A stretch of DNA of 32,000 bases from Candidatus Electrothrix sp. GW3-4 (GTDB taxonomy: Bacteria; Desulfobacterota; Desulfobulbia; Desulfobulbales; Desulfobulbaceae): NCBI RefSeq assembly GCF_037902255.1, contig NZ_CP147990.1, positions 1,500,001 through 1,532,000 of the forward strand, given 5' to 3'. Position numbers and translations under genes: made by a program. The notes under the pieces were generated by a model. The model had not been told where the DNA came from. It did not search any database and saw nothing but the letters and a program-made list of their open reading frames with translations. This document shows positions 17,036 to 27,631 of the stretch, piece after piece (position 1 is the stretch's first letter; the number at the start of each line of letters is the position of its first letter).

Positions 17036-17935
17036 ATGCGTATTCAACTCGTCGAAAAAATACCCGCTTGTTTTTTTACTGTATTAATCCTTGGTTCATT
17101 ACTACAATACGCCTCAGTATCCGAGGCCACGGAGTTTTATCTGTCAGTTGCTGGCGGAAACGGAAAAGAGCATTGTGAGTCCCTGGAGATAAGGGTGGGG
17201 AAGGCTGTATGTTCCGAGAAGAACATGGTTGTCGGCTATGACCTTGGCTTAATACGGGGTGTTGAGATTATCGAGGATGGAAGGATTAAGCTTATCAGTC
17301 AACTTACCCCGGATTTGATTGCAAGAATTAATTCATCAAACCAGCGGGCTCGTGATTACGACGAAAGTCTTGAGAAAATAGAACAGAGCAAGATCGGTTA
17401 TTTTGTCCATAAATTAAAGCCTGTTAGATCTGTTGCAGATTTGCAAAACCTCGGTGAAAGACAGTATCAAAAATATGGCTTGAATGGTGCATTGCACCTC
17501 TTCCTTCCCTTTCTTGGTGCCCTTCTCGTCCTTATCGGCTCCCTTTGGTTTATTATCGCCGCCTTCCGCGTCCATATTTTCTGGGGGCTTGGTTGTCTTT
17601 TGCTTCCTCTTGTTCCTTTATTTTTCCTTTTCCTCCATTGGCGAGCTGCAGCAAAACCTTTTGTTGTTTTTGTTCTTGGGGGAGTACTTGCCTGCTCCGG
17701 CGTGTATTATTTTGATGAAAAGGAACAGCTGACGAGAAAGAAACAACCCGCAGCAGCGGTATCGAAAAAAATCGCAACGAAACAGGTAAAGAGCAAGTAC
17801 AGTTGCCAGGGGAAGACGCGTTGCGGAGAAATGAGATCTTGTGAAGAAGCAAAATTTTATCTCAAACATTGTCCCGGAACAAAGATGGATGGTGACCATG
17901 ACGGTATTCCTTGCGAGCGTCAATGGTGTAAATAG
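17036..17935 (+). CDS. membrane protein with C-terminal Excalibur (calcium-binding) domain
   Basis: I start at ATG 17036 (MRIQLVEKIPACFFTVLILGSLLQYASVSEA, signal-like) rather than the TTG at 17003 used by the track. A central hydrophobic block (LHLFLPFLGALLVLIGSLWFIIAAF...LGCLLLPLVPLFFLFLHW...FVVFVLGGVLACSGVYYF) follows. The C-terminal CGEMRSCEEAKFYLKHCPGTKMDGDHDGIPCERQWC matches the Excalibur D-x-D-x-D-G-x-x-C-E pattern. Confidence 0.7.
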   Translation: MRIQLVEKIPACFFTVLILGSLLQYASVSEATEFYLSVAGGNGKEHCESLEIRVGKAVCSEKNMVVGYDLGLIRGVEIIEDGRIKLISQLTPDLIARINSSNQRARDYDESLEKIEQSKIGYFVHKLKPVRSVADLQNLGERQYQKYGLNGALHLFLPFLGALLVLIGSLWFIIAAFRVHIFWGLGCLLLPLVPLFFLFLHWRAAAKPFVVFVLGGVLACSGVYYFDEKEQLTRKKQPAAAVSKKIATKQVKSKYSCQGKTRCGEMRSCEEAKFYLKHCPGTKMDGDHDGIPCERQWCK

Positions 17936-18053
17936 AGTTGCTCTGCATCCTAAGGACGCAGAGCTTTTTTTATGAGTAACCCGGTGAGTGCCGGTTATTG
18001 ATGTATCTTTTTTACAACGTACGAATCACAAAAAACGAGAGAAAAAATCAGTA

Positions 18054-18653
18054 ATGAAAATCCTAGGTGTAGCAGCAAGTCCGAGACAGAATAAATCCAC
18101 CCGCTTCCTTTTAGAACAATGCCTTGATGCCATTAAAAATGCAGCTGAGGCCTCTAAAAACGGTATTGAGGTTGAATTAATCGATCTTGCCCCGTTCGAA
18201 ATTAACGGCTGTGTTGCCTGCGATGCCTGTAAAAAAGGCGTTCTCTGTAGCCAACAAGATGGCTTTCAGGAGATTATCCCCAAGCTTGCTGACCCGGAAC
18301 TGGCCGGTATTATCCTCGCGACGCCGGTGTATATGGGCTGTATGACCAGCCGGGCCAAGGCCTTTATCGATCGAACCGTTATCTTTCGCCGTAACGGGTT
18401 TATGTTGAAGAATAAACTTGGTGGCGTCATTGCGGTGGGAGGTTCCCGAAATGGTGGCCAGGAGCTTACCGTACAGGCAGTGCATGCTGCTATGATGATT
18501 CATGATATGGTCATAATTGGTGATGGTGACCACTTTGGCGGTGCAGCCTGGGCCAATCATCCAGACGGCTATGAGGCGGATACAACAGGCATTGCCACAG
18601 CCAGGAACCTGGGTATACGTATGGGGGAGGTCGCCGTAACGTTGCGGGGATAG
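18054..18653 (+). CDS. iron-sulfur flavoprotein (Isf-like, NADPH-dependent FMN reductase fold)
   Basis: The start is placed at [16 protein letters not shown], the flavodoxin-like phosphate-binding loop. The compact Cys motif C-x2-C-x2-C-x5-C ([15 protein letters not shown]) is characteristic of Isf-type [4Fe-4S] flavoproteins. It also has [21 protein letters not shown] and GGSRNGGQE. Confidence 0.75.
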   Translation: MKILGVAASPRQNKSTRFLLEQCLDAIKNAAEASKNGIEVELIDLAPFEINGCVACDACKKGVLCSQQDGFQEIIPKLADPELAGIILATPVYMGCMTSRAKAFIDRTVIFRRNGFMLKNKLGGVIAVGGSRNGGQELTVQAVHAAMMIHDMVIIGDGDHFGGAAWANHPDGYEADTTGIATARNLGIRMGEVAVTLRG

Positions 18654-18759
18654 CTTTCTGTTATCTTCATTGCAAAGCGATACAGAGAATGTTAAAAAGC
18701 GTCGGAACTTAAACGCCGCAGGCGAAATCCATAGTCTATCTCTACAGAATATATTTCAT

Positions 18760-19875
18760 ATGAAAGCATTAATCGCGCTTGAAGATGGCACCGTGCTCAC
18801 CGGTCGCTCCTTTACCGGGGCTGGGGAAGCAGTGGGTGAAATAGTCTTTAATACCAGCATGAGCGGCTACCAGGAGGTCTTGACCGATCCCTCCTATACT
18901 GGCCAGTTGGTCACCATGACCTACCCCCTGATCGGTAATTACGGGGTCAATGAGGAGGATATGGAGTCCTCGTCTGTTCATCCTCGCGCCTTTCTGATGC
19001 GAGAGTATCAGGACCTGCCCAGTAACTTTAGGGCCACTGGCACCCTGGCGGAGTTTTTACAGAAATTTGGGGTGCTGGGTGTTGATGGCTTTGATACCCG
19101 CATGCTGACTCGTATTATCCGTAACCACGGGGCGATGAAGGCGATTATCTCCACTGAAGACCTGGACCAGGCCTCCCTGGTGCAGCGGGCCAAGGACTGG
19201 CCAGGCCTGGTGGGCCGGGATATGGTTGCCCGAGTCACCACAGCAACGCCCTATAACTGGCTGAACAACGCCCCGGCAGAGGGAACAGGATTTGCCGCAG
19301 AGGCAGCAGATAAATTCAAGGTTGTTGCCTATGATTTTGGGATCAAATACAATCAGCTGCGTATCCTTAAGGAAAAGGGCTGTGCCGTCCATGTGGTTCC
19401 TGCCACCACCTCTGCTGAGGAGGTCATGGCCCTGAACCCGGACGGCATCTTTCTCTCCAATGGCCCAGGTGATCCTGCCGGTGTGGAGGGGGTAGTGGAT
19501 AACGTGCGCAAGCTCTTAGGAAAAAAGCCCATCTTTGGCATCTGTCTTGGTCATCAGATCCTGGGGCTGGCCTACGGGGCTGCCACCTATAAGCTGAAAT
19601 TCGGGCACCGGGGCGGTAATCAGCCGGTCAAGGACCTGCAGATCGGCAAGGTGGATATCACCTCTCAGAATCATGGATTCTGTGTTGATCAGGAGAACCT
19701 CCCTGATAAGGTCGAGATGACCCATATCAATCTCAACGATGGCAGCCTGGAGGGTATGCGCCATACCGAGTTCCCGGCCTTTTCCGTGCAATATCATCCT
19801 GAGCACGCGCCTGGTCCCCATGACGCTATCTATCTCTTTGACCGTTTTCTTGAGCTGATGGCCCAACAGGGTTAA
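18760..19875 (+). CDS. carA: carbamoyl-phosphate synthase small (glutaminase) subunit
   Basis: The start is placed at [49 protein letters not shown]. The glutamine amidotransferase triad region contains GICLGHQIL and the later YHPE. The track's 30-aa TTG-initiated extension is not CarA-like. Confidence 0.92.
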   Translation: MKALIALEDGTVLTGRSFTGAGEAVGEIVFNTSMSGYQEVLTDPSYTGQLVTMTYPLIGNYGVNEEDMESSSVHPRAFLMREYQDLPSNFRATGTLAEFLQKFGVLGVDGFDTRMLTRIIRNHGAMKAIISTEDLDQASLVQRAKDWPGLVGRDMVARVTTATPYNWLNNAPAEGTGFAAEAADKFKVVAYDFGIKYNQLRILKEKGCAVHVVPATTSAEEVMALNPDGIFLSNGPGDPAGVEGVVDNVRKLLGKKPIFGICLGHQILGLAYGAATYKLKFGHRGGNQPVKDLQIGKVDITSQNHGFCVDQENLPDKVEMTHINLNDGSLEGMRHTEFPAFSVQYHPEHAPGPHDAIYLFDRFLELMAQQG

Positions 19876-19912
19876 GCTGTTTTCAATATACTCTTACCGA
19901 CATTCCCTTATC

Positions 19913-22900
19913 ATGCCAAAACGCACAGATATACATAAAATTCTGATTATCGGCTCCGGGCCGATTATTATCAGTCAGGCCTGTGAATTTGATTATTCCG
20001 GTGCCCAGGCCGTTAAGGCCCTCAAGGAAGAGGGCTATGAGGTGGTGCTGATCAACTCCAATCCGGCCACCATCATGACCGATCCAGGACTGGCCGACCG
20101 CACCTATATTGAACCCATCACCCCGGAATACTTGATTAAGGTTATTGAGCGGGAACGACCGGATGCCATCCTGCCCACCCTTGGCGGCCAGACCGCCCTG
20201 AACACAGCTATCAAGGTTGCTGAGACCGGCGCTTTAGAAAAATATGATGTTGAGCTGTTGGCGGCAAATATTGATGTCATCCGCAAGGCCGAAGGCCGGG
20301 AAGAGTTCCGCGATGCTATGGAGAAAATCGGCCTGAATGTGCCGAGATCCTTTATTGTTCATACCATTGAGGATGCGATGGAGGCCGGTGATCAAATCGG
20401 CTTTCCGGTGATTGTCCGGCCGAGCTTCACCCTAGGCGGCACCGGCGGCGGGGTGGCCTATAACCGCCAGGAGCTGCGGGATATGTGTACAGGTGGGCTG
20501 GATCTCTCCATGACCACCGAGATCATGCTGGAGCGCAGCCTGCTGGGTTGGAAAGAGTATGAGCTGGAGGTGGTGCGGGACCGCAAGGATAACGTAGTCA
20601 TTATCTGCTCCATCGAAAATATCGATGCAATGGGTGTGCATACCGGTGACTCCATCACGGTGGCCCCCCAGCAGACCCTGTCGGATCGTGAGTATCAGGA
20701 GCTGCGGGATGCATCCATCGCCATTATTCGGGAGATCGGGGTGGAAACCGGGGGCTCTAATGTCCAGTTTGCTGTTAACCCGGCAGACGGGGAGATCATG
20801 GTCATTGAGATGAATCCCCGGGTCTCCCGCTCTTCGGCCCTGGCCTCCAAGGCCACGGGGTTCCCCATTGCCAAGATCGCAGCCAAGCTGGCTGTGGGCT
20901 ATACCCTGGATGAGTTGCAGAACGATATCACCCAGGAAACCTATGCGGCCTTTGAACCCACCATTGATTACTGTGTGGTCAAGATTCCCCGCTGGACCTT
21001 TGAAAAATTTCCCGAAGCCGAAGATGTCCTGACTACGGCCATGAAGTCGGTGGGTGAAACCATGGCCATTGGCCGGACCTTTAAAGAGGCCTTCCAAAAG
21101 GGCATGCGTTCGCTGGAGATCGGGCGGATGGGCTTTGGCTTTGATGGCAAGGCAGAGATGGAAGATCTGCACCAGGATGATCTGGAAAAGGCCCTCAAAG
21201 AACCCAGTTCCCAGCGTTTTTTCTTCCTGTTTGAGGCCATGCGGCGGGGGATGTCTATTGAGCGGATGTATGAGTTGAGCAAGATTGATCCTTGGTACCT
21301 GCGCAGCATGCAGCAGATTGTTGATATGGGCCAGCAGATCCAGGAACGTGGCTTTTCCGGTCTTGATGTAGACTTCCTCCGTGTGGCCAAGCAACATGGC
21401 TTTTCCGATGTCCAGCTGGGGCACCTGACCGGCACCTCGGAGGATGATATCCGACAGCTGCGTCAGGAAAAGGAGGTCCTGCCGGTCTATAAGCTGGTGG
21501 ATACCTGTGCTGCCGAGTTTGAGTCCTATACCCCGTATTATTACTCCTGCTATGATCAGGAAAACGAGTCCCTGCCCTCGGACCGGAAGAAGATCATCAT
21601 CCTGGGTGGCGGTCCCAACCGAATCGGTCAGGGGATTGAGTTCGACTACTGCTGTGTGCATGCCTCCTTTGCCTTAGAGGAGATCGGGGTGGAGTCCATC
21701 ATGGTCAACTCTAACCCAGAGACCGTGTCCACAGATTATGACACCTCGGACCGTCTCTATTTTGAGCCCTTGACCCGGGAGGACGTGCTCAATATTATTG
21801 AATTGGAGAAACCGGATGGGGTCATTGTCCAGTTCGGTGGTCAGACTCCGTTGAATCTGGCCGTGGCCCTGGACAAGACCGGGGTAAAAATTATCGGTAC
21901 TCCACCTGATGCCATTGACCGGGCTGAGGACCGGAAGCGTTTTCAGCAGCTCCTCCAGAAGCTGGGGCTCAAGCAGCCGGAAAACGGCACGGTCAATTCG
22001 CTGGAAGACGCCCTGCGGGAAGTGGATAGGATCGGTTATCCCGTGGTTATGCGTCCTTCCTATGTCTTGGGTGGCCGGGATATGCAGATCGTCTATAACG
22101 AGCAAGGGCTCCGGGAGTTCATGGCCCGGCCCACTATTATGGGCAGTGAGCATCCGGTCCTGCTGGACAGGTTTCTGAAAGATGCTGTGGAGGTGGATGT
22201 GGATGCGGTCTCCGACGGTACGATGACCGTGATCGGCGGGATTATGGAGCATATTGAGGAGGCAGGTATCCATTCCGGTGACTCAGCCTGTGTCCTGCCG
22301 CCCCACACCCTGTCTGACGCTATGATTGCCGAGATCATGCGGGCCACCAAGGCCATGGCTGGCGAGCTAGGGGTTATCGGGTTGATGAATGTCCAGTATG
22401 CGGTCAAGAATGAGGATCTCTATATCCTGGAGGTTAATCCCAGGGCCTCACGGACCGTGCCCTTTGTCTCCAAGGCCACGGGTGTGCCCCTGGCCAAGAT
22501 CGCCACCAAGGTGATGATGGGCATTAGCCTGGAGGAACTTGGGTTCACGCAAGAGGTTGCCATCAAACATTGGGCGGTCAAAGAGGCGGTCTTTCCCTTT
22601 GATCGTTTTGACAACGTGGACACCCTGTTAGGACCGGAGATGAAATCCACCGGTGAGGTCATGGGCATTGATGAGGACCTCGGCCTAGCCCTGGCCAAGT
22701 CGCAGCAGGCAGCAAACCAGCAGGTCCCTCAGGCAGGCTCTGTCTTTATCTCTGTTCGCCGTGGTGACAAGAAATCCTTGGTGCCAGTGGTCAAATCCCT
22801 CCTCGAAAGGGGCTTCAAGATCCTGGCAACGGATGGAACCGCTGAAAAGCTCACCGGATATGGACTGGTCTGTGAGCAGATCAATAAGATCTCTCAGGGG

Positions 22901-23134
22901 CGACCCCATATCCTGGACAAGATCAAGGACGGGCAGGTGCAGTGGATCATTAATACCTCGTCCGGCAACAGGACCACCGAGGACTCCTACCTTATCCGCC
23001 GGGCGGCCCTGGATTACCATATCCCGTATACCACCACGGTCAGTGGAGCAGTGTCTATGGCCCAGGCCATTATTGCCTCTGCTGAGCAGGAGGTGGGCGT
23101 GAAAACAGTGCAGGAGTTTTCTGCCGGGGGTTGA
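19913..23134 (+). CDS. carB: carbamoyl-phosphate synthase large subunit
   Basis: 1073 aa. It has duplicated ATP-grasp halves ([21 protein letters not shown]... and [21 protein letters not shown]...). Both halves carry the [16 protein letters not shown] / [16 protein letters not shown] motifs. An MGS-like allosteric tail is present. Confidence 0.97.
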   Translation: MPKRTDIHKILIIGSGPIIISQACEFDYSGAQAVKALKEEGYEVVLINSNPATIMTDPGLADRTYIEPITPEYLIKVIERERPDAILPTLGGQTALNTAIKVAETGALEKYDVELLAANIDVIRKAEGREEFRDAMEKIGLNVPRSFIVHTIEDAMEAGDQIGFPVIVRPSFTLGGTGGGVAYNRQELRDMCTGGLDLSMTTEIMLERSLLGWKEYELEVVRDRKDNVVIICSIENIDAMGVHTGDSITVAPQQTLSDREYQELRDASIAIIREIGVETGGSNVQFAVNPADGEIMVIEMNPRVSRSSALASKATGFPIAKIAAKLAVGYTLDELQNDITQETYAAFEPTIDYCVVKIPRWTFEKFPEAEDVLTTAMKSVGETMAIGRTFKEAFQKGMRSLEIGRMGFGFDGKAEMEDLHQDDLEKALKEPSSQRFFFLFEAMRRGMSIERMYELSKIDPWYLRSMQQIVDMGQQIQERGFSGLDVDFLRVAKQHGFSDVQLGHLTGTSEDDIRQLRQEKEVLPVYKLVDTCAAEFESYTPYYYSCYDQENESLPSDRKKIIILGGGPNRIGQGIEFDYCCVHASFALEEIGVESIMVNSNPETVSTDYDTSDRLYFEPLTREDVLNIIELEKPDGVIVQFGGQTPLNLAVALDKTGVKIIGTPPDAIDRAEDRKRFQQLLQKLGLKQPENGTVNSLEDALREVDRIGYPVVMRPSYVLGGRDMQIVYNEQGLREFMARPTIMGSEHPVLLDRFLKDAVEVDVDAVSDGTMTVIGGIMEHIEEAGIHSGDSACVLPPHTLSDAMIAEIMRATKAMAGELGVIGLMNVQYAVKNEDLYILEVNPRASRTVPFVSKATGVPLAKIATKVMMGISLEELGFTQEVAIKHWAVKEAVFPFDRFDNVDTLLGPEMKSTGEVMGIDEDLGLALAKSQQAANQQVPQAGSVFISVRRGDKKSLVPVVKSLLERGFKILATDGTAEKLTGYGLVCEQINKISQGRPHILDKIKDGQVQWIINTSSGNRTTEDSYLIRRAALDYHIPYTTTVSGAVSMAQAIIASAEQEVGVKTVQEFSAGG

Positions 23135-23161
23135 TTACGGGCTTCCAGATATTGAAGTGAG

Positions 23162-23199
23162 AACGGCCGCTCCCGTCCAACGGGAGCGGCCGTTTTTTT
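23162..23199 (+). terminator. strong rho-independent terminator after carB
   Basis: A perfect 14-bp stem, aacggccgctcccg (23162-23175) with cgggagcggccgtt (23181-23194). The loop is tccaa, and it runs into a 7-T tract (23193-23199). Confidence 0.85.
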
Positions 23200-23310
23200 A
23201 TGGGGCTGTGGAAAAAAGAGGGGGAAGAGGAGTAGAGGAGCCAGTGTGAGCTCAGAGTCAGGTGAATCCCTGGGGTTGTCACCTCAAAGATGAACAAAGG
23301 AGGATGGATT

Positions 23311-24627
23311 ATGGATGATGCGGGAAAGGGACACACTTCAAAAGACAAGGGGGTTCAACCGACCAGAAAAATAAAGGATCGCTGGGACAAGGCAGACGTC
23401 ATTTTTAAGTTTCTCGCTACCGCGTTAATAGCCCTTTTCGGTTTTTTCGGTAATCAGATCCTTCAGGAAAAACAAGATAAAGATAATAGTATCAAACTGT
23501 ATACCCAATTGCTTAGTAACAAGGAGGCGTCTGAAAACACTCTCCGCAAAGATATGTTTAACGATATTCTCCACTCATTTCTTCAAACAAAGGAGGGGGA
23601 AGACAAGGATTCGCTCACAAGAATACAGGAAATGCGTTTGAGTCTTGAATTGTTGGCCAGGAATTTCCACGAGTCTCTTGATATGAAACCGCTTTTCAAC
23701 CATCTGCTCATGGAGATCCTTCGTCCTCGAAGGAAATTAAAGATTTTTGCCCGAGACCTGGAAAAGTGTTTGCAAGCAACAGGGGATGAACAGAAGAAAG
23801 CCTACGATTATGCCCGGTATGAGTCTGAAGAACTCACAGAAATCATAGAAGATGATAAGATGGAAATAAAGAGCGCCGACTTGAGCAGGGATAAGATCAT
23901 AAAGAAAAAGAAAAGACTCGACAGGCTGGTGAGATATTACGACAGGGAGCTGGACGCACTTGTAAGGATTGCTAAACGAGTGAGCCGGAAGCAGTGTGAA
24001 GTGCTGGAGGATGTCGCAGGAAAACTGCGTCTGACTATTACATTAAAAGGGACTGAAAAAGATGATATCTGTACGGCGTACAGTCCCCAGGATTGGCTTC
24101 CTCATGAAGCAAGCACATGCATTTCCCCTGAACATAGCGAGAGAGAGAAGAAAGAATATGTTATCAAAGGGGTATCCACGCCCGGTACGGTCCTTGCCTT
24201 TAAAGATGCTGAAGGGAATGCAGATGATACCTCTTTACGTTATTTTTTGATGCGTGTTCGCTATATCTATCCGAGGTGGAAACGGGTGTATGTCGAGGTC
24301 CTGACCTGTCCTGTGGGGAAAGACGAAAGAATGACGGAAGGCAAGTGCAGAAAATCGGCGTCTGGAGAAACGGGACATTTTTGGCTTGAGTATTTTGATT
24401 TTCCCCTCATAGATAATACATATATAAATAGTACGCAGCGCTATTCTGTTATCCTTGAAGGATTTGAAACTGATAAGGATGGAGAGGATGAAAAGGCCGA
24501 AATCACGTTGCTCTATTATCCTGCATCGTACGCCGGGTTAAAAGAAAAATCCTTCTATAATAACAAGGTAATGAGGAGCCTGCTAAAATCAGATTTGTTT
24601 TCAGAAAAAGACAAAGGGGCAAGGTGA
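23311..24627 (+). CDS. hypothetical membrane-anchored protein, no family recognised (low-GC orphan)
   Basis: A long uninterrupted ORF. I prefer ATG 23311 (SD aaggagg at 23297-23303, 7-nt spacer) over the track start 23290. It has a charged N-terminus, one TM helix (VIFKFLATALIALFGFFGNQIL), a Lys/Glu-rich helical middle and a Cys-containing C-terminal domain. I recognise no motif. Confidence 0.6.
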   Translation: MDDAGKGHTSKDKGVQPTRKIKDRWDKADVIFKFLATALIALFGFFGNQILQEKQDKDNSIKLYTQLLSNKEASENTLRKDMFNDILHSFLQTKEGEDKDSLTRIQEMRLSLELLARNFHESLDMKPLFNHLLMEILRPRRKLKIFARDLEKCLQATGDEQKKAYDYARYESEELTEIIEDDKMEIKSADLSRDKIIKKKKRLDRLVRYYDRELDALVRIAKRVSRKQCEVLEDVAGKLRLTITLKGTEKDDICTAYSPQDWLPHEASTCISPEHSEREKKEYVIKGVSTPGTVLAFKDAEGNADDTSLRYFLMRVRYIYPRWKRVYVEVLTCPVGKDERMTEGKCRKSASGETGHFWLEYFDFPLIDNTYINSTQRYSVILEGFETDKDGEDEKAEITLLYYPASYAGLKEKSFYNNKVMRSLLKSDLFSEKDKGAR

Positions 24628-24814
24628 GGCTGGAGACATATCAGGTAGATGAAGACGACCCACTGTGCTCTTTGCTTGAAGTTTCTCCACGGCGCAGGTA
24701 CACTCCCCTGGCAAGAAGATCATCTCTTCCTGTCCTGTTGAGGGGGAGAGCCCCCTTTGCATGTTGACAGGTATTACTTATATCGGGAACAGTATATTCA
24801 AGGAGATTATACCT

Positions 24815-26551
24815 ATGTCGGAAACTTCCGCAATGTTCAAATACGACGAATACGGCAACACCCGCGAGATCTATGTCTATGCCAGCGGACTGAGCCTCCA
24901 TTCTGATCCGTTTATCAACCGGGGAACGGCCTTTACCAAGGATGAACGGCAACGCCTCGGGCTGGTTGCCATGCTGCCCCCGGCAGTGCGCAGCCTGGAA
25001 GAACAGGTGGAAAACAGCCGGGTCAAGGTGGAGGCCAAGGACTCGGATATCGAACGCTTTGTCTATATCCGTTCCCTGTTTGATCGCAATGTGACCCTGG
25101 CCCATGCCCTGATCAGGAGCGATATCAGCCGCTATATGTCCATCATCTACACTCCGACCGTGGGCCATGCCTGCCAGCAATACTCCTCCATGTTTCGCTC
25201 AGCCAATGGGCTCCATTTTCATCCCGGCAATATTGATCAGGCAGAAAATGTCCTCCGTCGCTTTCAGCAGCGGGATATTCGGGTGGCCGTGGTAACGGAT
25301 AACCAGGGGATCCTTGGCTTGGGTGATCAGGGGGCAGGGGGGATCGCTATCTGCCTGGGTAAGTTGATGCTCTACACCCAGGGTGCCGGAATTGCCCCTT
25401 GGCACTGCCTGCCGATCTCGCTGGACGTGGGCACCAATAATGAGGCCCTGCTCAATGACCATGAATATCTGGGTTGGCGGCATAAGCGGATCACTGGCGA
25501 TCAGTACATTGACTTTATCCAACGTTTTACCCGAGCCTTCCGTAATGTCTTTCCCAGCGCCCTCTGTCAGTGGGAGGATTTTTCCAAGCAGAATGCCTTT
25601 GCCATCCGGGATACCTTTCTCCATGATCTGATCTCTTTTAACGATGATATCCAGGGGACTGGGGCCGTTGCCCTGGCTGCCATTTACACGGCCATGCGGA
25701 TCAAGCGAGAGGCCTTGGCAGAGCAGAAATTTCTCATTCACGGGGCCGGGGCCGGGGGGGTCGGCATTGCCGAGCAGATCATGGTTGCCCTCTGTGCCGA
25801 GGGGATGACGGAAGAGGAGGCCAGCAGGCAGATCTTCACCCTGGATTCACAGGGGCTGATCACAACGGATCGGGACCTCCTGCCCTATAAGCAGAAGTTT
25901 GCCCAGGACCCGGCAGCACTGGATTGGCTGCAAGAGGAACAAGACGGGCAGCTGGGGAATGTAGTGAAACAGGCCGGGATCACGGTCTTGATCGGTACCT
26001 CGGGTCAGCCCGGTTGTTTTAGCAAAGAGGTCGTGCTCTCCTTGTTGGAGCATACCGATCGCCCCGTGGTCATGCCGCTCTCCAACCCCACAGACCATGC
26101 CGAGGCGGTGCCAGCAGATATCTATAGCTGGACCAGGGGCCAGGCCCTGGTCGGCACCGGCTCCCCCTTTCCTGATGTCCTCCATGAAGGGCGGGCCTTT
26201 TCCGTGGCCCAGGCCAATAATGTCTTTATCTTTCCCGGGGTGGGGCTGGGCACCCTGGCTTCTGGCTCCCGTGCTGTGCTGCCGGAGTTTTTCACCGCAG
26301 CGGCCGGGGCGGTTTCCTCCAGCGTGCGTCCTGCTGCTCTGCAGGACGGTGCTCTCCTGCCACCGGTGACCGATCTTGCGGAAGTCAGTCTCAAGGTTGC
26401 CCAGGCCGTGGGGGAGGCGGCAATTACCGCCGGGGTGAGTCGGCCCTGTGCCTTTTCCAGCTTTCAGCATCATAATGATCCGGTCCGTTTGCAGCGTTTG
26501 ATCCGGCATTTACGCTGGCAACCCGCCTATCTGCCCCTGGTGGCCATGTGA
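24815..26551 (+). CDS. maeA: NAD-dependent malic enzyme
   Basis: The start is at ATG 24815 (SD aaggag at 24801-24806). It parallels E. coli MaeA/SfcA through IYTPTVGHACQQYS, VVTDNQGILGLGDQGAGGIAICLGKL, LDVGTNNEALLND, FNDDIQGTGAV, GAGAGGVGIAE, MPLSNPT and NNVFIFPGVGLG. Confidence 0.92.
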   Translation: MSETSAMFKYDEYGNTREIYVYASGLSLHSDPFINRGTAFTKDERQRLGLVAMLPPAVRSLEEQVENSRVKVEAKDSDIERFVYIRSLFDRNVTLAHALIRSDISRYMSIIYTPTVGHACQQYSSMFRSANGLHFHPGNIDQAENVLRRFQQRDIRVAVVTDNQGILGLGDQGAGGIAICLGKLMLYTQGAGIAPWHCLPISLDVGTNNEALLNDHEYLGWRHKRITGDQYIDFIQRFTRAFRNVFPSALCQWEDFSKQNAFAIRDTFLHDLISFNDDIQGTGAVALAAIYTAMRIKREALAEQKFLIHGAGAGGVGIAEQIMVALCAEGMTEEEASRQIFTLDSQGLITTDRDLLPYKQKFAQDPAALDWLQEEQDGQLGNVVKQAGITVLIGTSGQPGCFSKEVVLSLLEHTDRPVVMPLSNPTDHAEAVPADIYSWTRGQALVGTGSPFPDVLHEGRAFSVAQANNVFIFPGVGLGTLASGSRAVLPEFFTAAAGAVSSSVRPAALQDGALLPPVTDLAEVSLKVAQAVGEAAITAGVSRPCAFSSFQHHNDPVRLQRLIRHLRWQPAYLPLVAM

Positions 26552-26644
26552 TGTTGCGCTGTGATGTGGCCCAGGCTCGATACTGGCCAACGGAATACCG
26601 TACGGTTTCTCTCCCGGTCTTGAACAACCGGGTGATTTTCGGCT

Positions 26645-26676
26645 GTCCCCTTGCGAGGTTGGGGGACGTTTTTTTT
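26645..26676 (+). terminator. candidate rho-independent terminator after maeA
   Basis: gtcccc (26645-26650) pairs with ggggac (26662-26667). It is followed by g plus an 8-T tract (26669-26676). The stem is short and the loop long, so confidence is moderate. Confidence 0.55.
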
Positions 26677-26747
26677 CTATCACCCCGGAAGGGTTGAATA
26701 AAGGGAGCCTGATGTCTGCGCATCGGGTGTAATAAGGAGAACAGGTC

Positions 26748-27140
26748 ATGATCAAACAGGAGACACATAGTGTGGCAATGGGCTACATCCTCTGGATCTT
26801 TGGTTTCATGGGGATGCATCGTTTTTACTACGGCAAACCGATTTCAGGCACCCTCTATTTTTTTACCCTGGGCCTGCTTGGTATTGGTTGGATTGTTGAC
26901 CTCTTTCTGATTCCGGGCATGGATCGCGAGGCTGACCTGCGTTTTGCTCCAGGTCCTCTGGATTATAATCTCTGCTGGCTTCTCCTGGTCTTTCTGGGGC
27001 CCTTTGGCATCCATCGCATGTACATGGGTAAGTGGTTCACCGGCATCCTCTATCTCCTCACCGTTGGCCTGTTCGGTCTGGGCTTCCTCTATGATCTCTG
27101 GACATTGAATGAGCAGCTCACCCTCGCTAATGCGGCGTGA
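26748..27140 (+). CDS. TM2-domain membrane protein (two TM2 repeats)
   Basis: 130 aa, with SD aaggag 8 nt upstream. There are two copies of the TM2 pattern: GYILWIFGFMGMHRFYYGKPISGTLYFFTLGLLGIGWIVDLFLIP, and CWLLLVFLGPFGIHRMYMGKWFTGILYLLTVGLFGLGFLYDLW. Confidence 0.8.
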   Translation: MIKQETHSVAMGYILWIFGFMGMHRFYYGKPISGTLYFFTLGLLGIGWIVDLFLIPGMDREADLRFAPGPLDYNLCWLLLVFLGPFGIHRMYMGKWFTGILYLLTVGLFGLGFLYDLWTLNEQLTLANAA

Positions 27141-27615
27141 AAAGGGTATTCCTCTCTCCCCGAGAGGGGGAGGGGAAACCTGTTGCGGCCAGGGTGCTAG
27201 CTGTGCATCCTGGCTTTTCCATTGCAATCGCGCTGAATCTATGGCACCTTGCTGCAAGACGAATCTTGGATGTATCTCTTAATTCTTCTCTCTCAACGAA
27301 CCACTGTATGATGTGCATTTCTCCATATACCTGAGGCCGTAGAAACGGTACCCGGCCCAGGTTGGGCTGGCAGGACATCGCAGCGCCTCCTTTCTGATTT
27401 CTCTCGAAGATCCCTTTTGTTTTCCTGAAGATCGGGCGGGCAGGAGTCCGTCTGCTTGATGACCTCCGTTCAATACGCGAAGAGGAACTGAATGGAGCTG
27501 AGTGGAGCTGGGGCACCATGCCCAGCATCTATCCACTCTCTCTCCGTGCACGTTTCCGGCCTGAATGGCTTGGGGAGGAAGATGGGGCACAGGTCCCTCC
27601 CTCCTTGATCGATAA

Positions 27616-27631
27616 ATCTATCAATCTATCA
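27616..27631 (+). repeat. tandem octamer atctatca x2 just upstream of the HesB-like gene
   Basis: atctatca appears at 27616-27623 and is repeated exactly at 27624-27631. The repeat ends 21 nt before the ATG at 27653 and lies immediately before the SD caggagag. Function unknown; possibly an operator. Confidence 0.5.

Noticed and set aside
20432-21661. 409-aa minus-strand ORF, plus other long minus ORFs at 21674-22273 and 22685-23020
   Set aside because: They lie entirely inside carB, whose + strand translation is unmistakable. Long antisense ORFs are expected in GC-rich coding DNA.
24641-26509. Minus-strand ORFs of 179, 180 and 220 aa (24641-25180, 25199-25741, 25847-26509)
   Set aside because: All are antisense to the clearly identified malic enzyme gene and have no recognisable motifs.
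27242-27256. Sigma-54 promoter-like TGGCAC-n5-TGCA
   Set aside because: The GC of the -12 element sits one position too close to the -24 GG compared with the strict TGGCAC-n5-TTGC spacing. It is also about 400 nt from the nearest + strand start. I kept it only as a note inside the leader-region finding.
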